Of a stretch of DNA of 64,000 nt, positions 57,375 through 64,000 are shown piece after piece. The position numbers were made by a program, and so were the translations under genes. The stretch comes from Bacteroides uniformis. GTDB taxonomy: Bacteria > Bacillota_I > Bacilli_A > RFN20 > CAG-826. Location of the stretch: assembly GCA_963641445.1 (NCBI GenBank), contig CAVIBR010000005.1:36430-100429 (forward strand), read 5' to 3'. How positions within the stretch are numbered: the stretch's first letter is position 1; every line of letters starts with the position of its first letter. Under the pieces are notes generated by a model. That model did not search any database. It was given only the letters and a program-made list of their open reading frames with translations, and was not told the origin of the DNA.

Positions 57375-58391
57375 ATGGAAAATGAGAAAAACAGATCTTT
57401 TAAGGAAGTTGTCTTAGACTTTCTTAGAGGAATAACTTTAGGTATATCTGCGGCTGTCGCAGGTCTATCAGCCGGAACGATTGCAGTCGTAGAAGGCATC
57501 TATGATAAATTAATCGGAGCAATATCTACATTAAGAGCAAACTTTAAAAAGAATGTTCTTTACCTTCTTCCAATCATTCTTGGCGGGGCATGCGGAGCCA
57601 TAGCGGCCTTTATTGGTATTCAAAAAGGCTATTCTGCCGCGCCATTCTCAACCACATCGCTTTTTGCAGGCTTAATCTTTGGATCATTGCCATTCACCTT
57701 CAATGAACTCAAAAGAGGAACCAATAATAAAGAAAAAACGTATCACGCCTTATCTTTTGGGATTTGCTTGATTGTTGCAGCAGGACTTGGCATCGTGACC
57801 GCCCTAACTAAATGGCAAATTTCTTTCATTAGTTCAGATAATAACATCTATTGGTATGCCTTTATTTTAATTATCATCGCTGGCTTTATCGGTGCTTTCG
57901 CTTGCATTGTTCCTGGTGTATCGGGCTCAATGTCTTTAATGGTTCTTGGCGTATATTATCCAATATTAAATATGTACACAGGCGATGATGCGATTTGGCA
58001 TAAAGATTCAAAGGTCATAATTTTAGGCTTTGTTTTAATTGCTTTATTTGCAATTGGTGTTCTCGCTGGCGCCTTTGTTGGCTCTAAAGCAATGAAACGT
58101 CTTTTAGATAAGCATCGTGCGACTACTTTCTGGGGAATCTTAGGCTTAATTCTTGGCTCCTTGGTTTCGATGTATATCAATTCATCAATTTTCCCTCTAT
58201 ATGCAGGATATGATAAAAATGCAGGCCAAATCTGTTATGATGTCGATGTATGTCCACCGGAAATCGTTAAAATTCAGACTTGGGATTATATCGTTGGAGC
58301 GGTTTTGTTCATTATTGCAGCCGCAGCAATGATTGGCTTATATGTCTATATGAATAAAAAGAAAAAAGCTTCCGAAGAAGCTAATTCCTAA
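57375..58391 (+). CDS. DUF368-family polytopic membrane protein (PopT-like, putative undecaprenyl-phosphate recycling)
   Basis: Two-repeat architecture with a PGVSGSMSLMVLG-type motif. Confidence 0.55.
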   Translation: MENEKNRSFKEVVLDFLRGITLGISAAVAGLSAGTIAVVEGIYDKLIGAISTLRANFKKNVLYLLPIILGGACGAIAAFIGIQKGYSAAPFSTTSLFAGLIFGSLPFTFNELKRGTNNKEKTYHALSFGICLIVAAGLGIVTALTKWQISFISSDNNIYWYAFILIIIAGFIGAFACIVPGVSGSMSLMVLGVYYPILNMYTGDDAIWHKDSKVIILGFVLIALFAIGVLAGAFVGSKAMKRLLDKHRATTFWGILGLILGSLVSMYINSSIFPLYAGYDKNAGQICYDVDVCPPEIVKIQTWDYIVGAVLFIIAAAAMIGLYVYMNKKKKASEEANS

Positions 58392-58929
58392 AGACAAATT
58401 TACGAAGGTCTTCAGTTGGAAGACCTTTTATATTATCGTAACTTCCTTCAATGTGATTGATTAAAGGAAAATCATCTTGAACCCCAAACGCACCGGCTTT
58501 ATCAAATGGTTCAAATTTATCAACGTATTCAACTATTTGATCATGCGTTAGTTCATTGAAATAAACATAGGATTTGACTGTTCTAGATATCTCTACCTTG
58601 GGGGAGAGATAAGTATAAGAAGTCAAAACAATAAGGCGTTTTCCTGATTCATTCTCTAACATTGCTATTGCATCATTTCTGTCTTTTGGCTTGCCAAGAC
58701 TTTTTCCATCGCAAATGACTGTTGTGTCCGCGGCTAAAATCTCATCATTTGAATAAAAGGAGCGGACCATATATGCTTTAATGCGACTTTCATCATAGGA
58801 AATGCCATAAGAAGAAAGATATGGTTGAATCAATTCTTCATCGATATTCGGAAGAAAGACAACAAAAGAAGTGGTTATCTTAGAAAGCAATTCTTTTCTT
58901 CTTGGGGAAGATGAAGCAAGGATTAACAT
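58381..58929 (-). CDS. maf: Maf-family nucleoside triphosphate pyrophosphatase
   Basis: The N-terminal LILASSSPRRKELL motif. Confidence 0.85.
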   Translation of the reverse strand: MLILASSSPRRKELLSKITTSFVVFLPNIDEELIQPYLSSYGISYDESRIKAYMVRSFYSNDEILAADTTVICDGKSLGKPKDRNDAIAMLENESGKRLIVLTSYTYLSPKVEISRTVKSYVYFNELTHDQIVEYVDKFEPFDKAGAFGVQDDFPLINHIEGSYDNIKGLPTEDLRKFVFRN

Positions 58930-58930
58930 A

Positions 58931-60607
58931 TTATTCTGCCGTATTCATGATGATCGGGACAATCATCGGACTCCTTGCTGTACGACGATAGATATAGTGT
59001 GATAATGCTTCTTTAATAGCGGATTTAATCTCAGCATAGCTTGCTTTATGAGACATAACCTGCGTAACGACTTCATTGGCGTGGATTTGCGCATGTCTAA
59101 TAACGTGAGTATCTTCAGAAACGTTGAATCCTCTTGAATAAACTGTTGGAGGAACAATTAATTTATTACGCTTGTAATCGATTGTTAGAAGAACACAAAC
59201 AACACCGTTATTCTTTAATTGATCACGATCGTTGATAACGGCAGAAGAAAGACCATCAAGATCACGTCCATCAATATAAATATCATCTGCAGGAACATGC
59301 ATTCCTGTCTTTTTAACGACATGGTTCTGTAGCTGTAACATATCGCCATTTGAACAGACAAAAATCTTATCCTTAGGAATATCGATAGTTTGAGCCAATT
59401 CGCCATGTAATCTTAACATACGATATTCACCATGGGCTGGCATAAAATATGTTGGTTTGGTTAATCTTAACATCAAACGTAATTCTTGTCTTGATGGGTG
59501 ACCTGATGAATGCAAAGAGAAAGCTAAACCGTTTTGCTTAACGTCCGCGCCTTGTTTAACAAGCATATTAACCAATTTATCAATTAACGCACCATTTCCT
59601 GGAATAGGATTCGAGGAGAAGATGATTGTATCGCCAGGAATGATATGAACGTTTTTGTGTTCACCTTTAGCAATACGTGATAATGCAGCCATTCTTTCGC
59701 CTTGGGAACCAGTGCAAAGAATACATATTTCATTGGCTTTGAAGTTCTTTATTTGATCATCCTTGATTAATGACGCGTCAGGAATCTTGATATAGCCATA
59801 TTGTCTTGCAATTCCTACAACCGTTTCCATCGAACGGCCTAAGATACAAATCTTTCTGCTATGCTCGACTGCAACTTCAACGACTTGTTGAATACGGTTG
59901 ATATTTGAAGAGAAGGTGGAAACAATAATTCTAGCTGGAGCCTTATCGAATATTTCCTCAACACCATTACGAACATTAGTTTCTGATGGGGTGTATCCTT
60001 CAATTTCAGCATTTGTTGAATCGGCCAAAAGAAGATCAACGCCTTCCGTTCCAATTTTAGCAATCTTAGAAATTTCAAATGTTGGTCCAACAGGGGTAAG
60101 ATCGATTTTGAAATCGCCTGTATCTACGATTCTTCCTTCTTTTGTATCAACACAAATGCCATAAGAATCTGGAATTGAGTGCGTTACTCTAAAGAAAGAA
60201 ACAACGAAATCATCGCCGACTTTGATAATTGAATCAGAGTCATATTCAACAATCTTAATTGCATCTTTGATACGATTTTCTTCCAATTTGTGACGAATTA
60301 ATGCGGCAGCTAATTTTGGCGCATAGATGACAGGAATATGGACGGAACGAACAAGAAAAGGAATACCACCGATATGGTCTTCGTGACCATGGGTGATAAA
60401 AAGAGCTTTGATCTTGCTACGATTATTCTTCAAATAAGTGTAGTCAGGAATAACGTAATCAACGCCAGGAAGAGTTGCTTCAGGGAAACGAACTCCAGCG
60501 TCTAAGAGAATCAAAGATTTTTCTGATTCGATGCAATAGGTGTTCTTGCCAACTTCACATAATCCGCCAAGTGCAAACACATTAATACCATTTTGAAAAC
60601 CTATCAT
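58931..60607 (-). CDS. rnj: ribonuclease J
   Basis: Metallo-beta-lactamase HGHEDHIGG, a beta-CASP region and a C-terminal domain. AGGAGG SD before the ATG at 60607. Confidence 0.9.
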   Translation of the reverse strand: MIGFQNGINVFALGGLCEVGKNTYCIESEKSLILLDAGVRFPEATLPGVDYVIPDYTYLKNNRSKIKALFITHGHEDHIGGIPFLVRSVHIPVIYAPKLAAALIRHKLEENRIKDAIKIVEYDSDSIIKVGDDFVVSFFRVTHSIPDSYGICVDTKEGRIVDTGDFKIDLTPVGPTFEISKIAKIGTEGVDLLLADSTNAEIEGYTPSETNVRNGVEEIFDKAPARIIVSTFSSNINRIQQVVEVAVEHSRKICILGRSMETVVGIARQYGYIKIPDASLIKDDQIKNFKANEICILCTGSQGERMAALSRIAKGEHKNVHIIPGDTIIFSSNPIPGNGALIDKLVNMLVKQGADVKQNGLAFSLHSSGHPSRQELRLMLRLTKPTYFMPAHGEYRMLRLHGELAQTIDIPKDKIFVCSNGDMLQLQNHVVKKTGMHVPADDIYIDGRDLDGLSSAVINDRDQLKNNGVVCVLLTIDYKRNKLIVPPTVYSRGFNVSEDTHVIRHAQIHANEVVTQVMSHKASYAEIKSAIKEALSHYIYRRTARSPMIVPIIMNTAE

Positions 60608-60747
60608 AAAGGCCTCCTTATAACAAATTGAAATCACGACAAACGTATCTTATGTTTTTCGTCATCAAAAATATACCATATGGTATCTACATTACCAAAG
60701 GTAAATTAATGAAAGCGTTTTCCAAGTTTCCAACAACAAAATGAAAC

Positions 60748-61650
60748 TTAATTTTGCTTCAACGCCCTGATGAAGAAATATATCGAATAACCAAGACCCG
60801 GCAAGGTTATTAGATAGAGAAATAAGAATAGAGAACCCATAAAATCAAGTGGTAACAACATTTGGAAATTCTCTATGATGTATGAGGAATTATAGCCTAA
60901 AAGGGAATAAGCCGTTCCATAAAGAACAATCGCTAAAGTTAAATAGACAACAGTGACAATAAGATTCATCTTTTTAGATGGATTGCATTTGAATTCACCA
61001 TCGTTATGAGCGATGAATTCATAGTAAAGAAGAACTAGTGAATTGAAAACCATGATGATATAGATGACAAAATAAGGTGCAGAAGACGCGTTAAAATTGC
61101 CACCAATCAAGGAAACGAGGAATCCACCAAAGAAATACATACTCAAGAGAACATAGAAAGATCTTAAGAATCTAGCAAGACCTCTAAGCTTCTCTGAACC
61201 AATATATTTATGTGGAGTAACTTGAAATTCTTCCTTGAAACTCGATTTAATCATGTATCCGCCAAATAAACCAGTTAAGGCATAAATGATATAAAGTTCA
61301 CCTGGGAAGATGATAGAGAAGTTTCTGTTTCCCCAGAAGAAGACGCCAGTACCAAGAAGAATACTTGTATAAATAATTCCAACAAGAGCAATAGAGGCAA
61401 AGACGATGCCGTTAACGCGAATCATCTTTTTGAATTTTGCCGCATCTGTTTGATATAAAGATAGATGCAAGACAAATAGCCAATAAATTGGCAAGAAATA
61501 AGCTATTTCAATGCAAATATCCCACCATTGATTAGGAAAACCGTCAATATCTGCAGCAAAGAAAGCGAAACCTTTGAAGAATAATATTGAGGCAAATACA
61601 TAGAGGATAACTTCAGTTATCTTTAGGGACAAACGTAATTTCTTTTCCAT
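60748..61650 (-). CDS. hypothetical polytopic membrane protein
   Basis: 300 aa with 8-9 TM helices. No family recognised. Confidence 0.45.
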   Translation of the reverse strand: MEKKLRLSLKITEVILYVFASILFFKGFAFFAADIDGFPNQWWDICIEIAYFLPIYWLFVLHLSLYQTDAAKFKKMIRVNGIVFASIALVGIIYTSILLGTGVFFWGNRNFSIIFPGELYIIYALTGLFGGYMIKSSFKEEFQVTPHKYIGSEKLRGLARFLRSFYVLLSMYFFGGFLVSLIGGNFNASSAPYFVIYIIMVFNSLVLLYYEFIAHNDGEFKCNPSKKMNLIVTVVYLTLAIVLYGTAYSLLGYNSSYIIENFQMLLPLDFMGSLFLFLYLITLPGLGYSIYFFIRALKQN

Positions 61651-61651
61651 C

Positions 61652-62677
61652 TTATTTCGACTCCCAGACTATGCTTCTTTTGATATTCGTATGATCGTTG
61701 TAATCCATCAAGATGTGTTGGATATTCCATGTCTTATCTTTTTTCAAGGAATATGTGGCATAACCAGTTCTTGTAAAACCAGTCTCATCTTTGCAATAGT
61801 AAAGTTCAATATTGGATTTAACGCCATAGCCCATGACTACATCGTCACGTTTTGCGACCAAATCATTCGAATGGTCATGACCAAAGAAGTAGCCTTTCAT
61901 GTTAATTTCTTTTGCGGCATCATAGAATGGTGAATATACCTTAGCTGAAGAATTAGATTCATGCATCTCACCTAAAAGATGGCTGCTTTCATCATTTACG
62001 TAATCTTTCCATTCTAAGGTTGGAATGTGAATAAAGCCTAAAGAAGGAAGATATTCTCCGTTTACTTTGGATGATTCAGCAACATTCTTCATCCAATCGA
62101 CTTGATTTTCATGGATATAGTCATATTGATATTTGATGGCGTTTTTCGCCATATAAGAATTGCTATCTAAAACGAAAACTTGCCAAAGCTTTTCATCTCC
62201 ATCCTTAATATCGATGAAGTAGTTTGTATTTCCTTGTAAATCATCGTCAACTATTTTGCTAATGAAATTCTTCGTTGTTGAAATTTTGTTATTTAACCAA
62301 GCCGTATTCCACTCGCCTTGCTTATCATGGTTCCCGTAATTAACTGCAATAGGAACATCCCAAGAAGAAAGGAAATTAAGCAATGTTTCGGCGATATACT
62401 TATTTGCGTTAAGGAAGGTATCGCCTGTTACCATAAGTAAATCGATATGGCCTTTTTCCTTCTTTGCGTCCTCGAATAAATCCTGCATATATGCCATTGA
62501 TTTCTTTAAATTCGTGGTATAAGTCCAGTGAATATCCGTTAACTGCATAATGTTAAAAGAATCATCCTTAAAAGAAAGGGTGGCTCGATAATCATCGATG
62601 GTAACGTTAGGTTTTGTTGAGTTGCAAGACACTAAAATAAAGACGCTTGCTAAAAGTAATATATTTTTCTTTTTCAT
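61652..62677 (-). CDS. metallophosphoesterase lipoprotein (calcineurin-like)
   Basis: Lipobox ILVSC. GDTF...GNHD metal-binding motifs, and GHDH. Confidence 0.7.
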   Translation of the reverse strand: MKKKNILLLASVFILVSCNSTKPNVTIDDYRATLSFKDDSFNIMQLTDIHWTYTTNLKKSMAYMQDLFEDAKKEKGHIDLLMVTGDTFLNANKYIAETLLNFLSSWDVPIAVNYGNHDKQGEWNTAWLNNKISTTKNFISKIVDDDLQGNTNYFIDIKDGDEKLWQVFVLDSNSYMAKNAIKYQYDYIHENQVDWMKNVAESSKVNGEYLPSLGFIHIPTLEWKDYVNDESSHLLGEMHESNSSAKVYSPFYDAAKEINMKGYFFGHDHSNDLVAKRDDVVMGYGVKSNIELYYCKDETGFTRTGYATYSLKKDKTWNIQHILMDYNDHTNIKRSIVWESK

Positions 62678-62704
62678 GTCATTAACATTGTAAAGGAAAA
62701 TATT

Positions 62705-63256
62705 TTAGATAGCAACGGCACCGAGAACTTTTTTGAATGGATCTTTTTTATCTATTCTGTCATAGAAAAAGATTCCTGATAAATGATCGATTTCATGCTG
62801 GAGGACTATTGCGTCGAATCCTCTAGCAACAATCGTGATATCTTCATTTTTTATTGCATCAAAGGCTTTGACGGTAACTTTGAAATCACGGTAGGCATAT
62901 CCTGGATGATTTCCATCAACAGATAAGCAACCTTCCCCAGATTCGAGATAACATTTCTTAATCGAATTAGCGACTATTTTTGGGTTAACAAGCTTATATT
63001 GGACGTATTCTCCCTCTGTTTCACCTGGATAATAGATAACAAGCATCGTTTTATATACGCCTATTTGTGGGGCTGCAAGTCCAACGCCTTCTCTTACTTC
63101 AGGGTGTTTTTCTCTAAATGCGGGATCCTGCGTTTCTTTTAGATATTCAAACATTTGATCGATTGTTTGACGATCCTCAATAGATAATGGCATTTCAACC
63201 GCTTTTGAAGGCTGGTGGATTCTTTTGTTAGTATCTTTGACAATTTTTAAATTCAT
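62705..63256 (-). CDS. def: peptide deformylase
   Basis: Motifs GVGLAAPQIG, EGCLSV, and HEIDHLSG. Confidence 0.9.
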   Translation of the reverse strand: MNLKIVKDTNKRIHQPSKAVEMPLSIEDRQTIDQMFEYLKETQDPAFREKHPEVREGVGLAAPQIGVYKTMLVIYYPGETEGEYVQYKLVNPKIVANSIKKCYLESGEGCLSVDGNHPGYAYRDFKVTVKAFDAIKNEDITIVARGFDAIVLQHEIDHLSGIFFYDRIDKKDPFKKVLGAVAI

Positions 63257-63306
63257 AACATATGAATTGTAGCATAGATTTCAGATAGAAGTTAAAATGT
63301 TAATGT

Positions 63307-63672
63307 ATGGAAGAAACGATTCTTAAAGCAATCAACGAATTATCTGTTGCCTTAAAAGAAGATCCCAGGGTCAAAGAATTAAATTCAATTGAAGAAAGGC
63401 TATATGATGATCCAACTTTGATTGAACTAGTTAAGAAAAAGAATGATTTAGAAAGAGATTATGAATCCTCTCTTTCTTATCTGTCCCCAGATTCAGAAGA
63501 AGCCTCCTTAAAACAAAAAGCTCTATATGAAGCAAAACTTGAATTAGATTCCTACCCATTAGTTAAAAAATATAACGAAGCATATATTGAAGTAAGAGAT
63601 CTATACATGAATATTGATGACATCATTTTTGGACCATACCGTTCAAAGACTTTATCAAGTGAGGCTAAATAA
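63307..63672 (+). CDS. YlbF/YmcA-family regulatory protein
   Basis: 121 aa, helical, with a size and pattern like B. subtilis YlbF. It lies upstream of rsmD, as ylbF does upstream of ylbH. Confidence 0.55.
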   Translation: MEETILKAINELSVALKEDPRVKELNSIEERLYDDPTLIELVKKKNDLERDYESSLSYLSPDSEEASLKQKALYEAKLELDSYPLVKKYNEAYIEVRDLYMNIDDIIFGPYRSKTLSSEAK

Positions 63673-64000
63673 TGTTAAAAGTTGCTGGTGGGAAATATCG
63701 TTCAAGACTTTTAGAAGTGCCAGAAGTGGTAACTGTACCAACGAAAAGCATTGTTAGAGAAGCGCTTGCTAACGCCTTAAGATACAAAATACAAGATTCA
63801 GTGGTCTTGGATCTTTTTGCTGGAAGTGGGGCTCTAGGAATCGAAGCTCTTTCTTGGGGAGCGAAAAAAGCATATTTCGTTGATAAATCTCCTGAAGCAG
63901 CAAAAATCATCCGCAAAAACCTCCTATCTTTGAAAATAGATAATGCAGAAGTCATTAATATGGATTTCAAAGACGCTTTAAGCAAAATCCCCTGCAAAAT
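63672..64000 (+). CDS. rsmD: 16S rRNA (guanine966-N2)-methyltransferase RsmD; the 3' end is cut by the window
   Basis: The start overlaps the ylbF stop (TAATG). It has the DLFAGSGALGIEALSWGA SAM-binding motif. The minus-strand ORF 63665..63997 in the track is rejected. Confidence 0.8.
   Translation, partial: MLKVAGGKYRSRLLEVPEVVTVPTKSIVREALANALRYKIQDSVVLDLFAGSGALGIEALSWGAKKAYFVDKSPEAAKIIRKNLLSLKIDNAEVINMDFKDALSKIPCK

Noticed and set aside
63665-63997. Minus-strand 110-aa ORF from the ORF track
   Set aside because: The plus strand encodes a clear RsmD methyltransferase with a SAM motif, translationally coupled to ylbF. The minus ORF is a shadow frame.

Overview
This is a 64 kb chromosomal window from a low-GC (about 30-33% GC), lipoprotein-rich bacterium that reads with the standard genetic code: UGA is a stop, and long ORFs are intact. 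The Opp genes carry Mollicutes-style insertions, and the ylbF-rsmD, spx and yjbK-like genes sit in Bacilli-like neighbourhoods. Together these suggest an Acholeplasma/Erysipelotrichia-like or related wall-less or low-GC Firmicute; this is inference. Most of the window is housekeeping or accessory metabolism. Called genes include a DagK-like lipid kinase fragment, a DUF362 protein, an oppABCDF operon with inserted ATPases, alpha-galactosidase, YfhO, RuvX, AdhE, MalQ, Prs, RluD-like synthase, phosphoglucomutase, dUTPase, Spx, Maf, RNase J, Def and YlbF-RsmD. I found no rRNA, CRISPR array, transposase or integrase. I recognise one tRNA, tRNA-Ser(GGA) on the minus strand at 47213..47303. Next to it lies a roughly 5 kb accessory island. 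It holds a HepT/MntA toxin-antitoxin pair (the MntA carries an N-terminal XRE-type helix-turn-helix, HTH), an orphan Phd/YefM-like antitoxin, a DUF4143 AAA+ ATPase, three 23-bp direct repeats, and a Fic gene broken by a single in-frame TAA. Two places look genuinely unexplained. The first is a 926-aa Fe-S flavoprotein with a novel Cys-rich N-terminal domain, translationally coupled (TAATG) to a HypA-like nickel metallochaperone, with no hydrogenase genes in the window. The second is a GC-enriched, roughly 280-nt structured element bracketed by a 9-bp inverted repeat. It sits beside a palindrome that supplies -35 boxes on both strands and an attenuator-like hairpin in front of an orphan 171-aa protein. 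All family assignments come from reading the translated motifs; none is database-verified.
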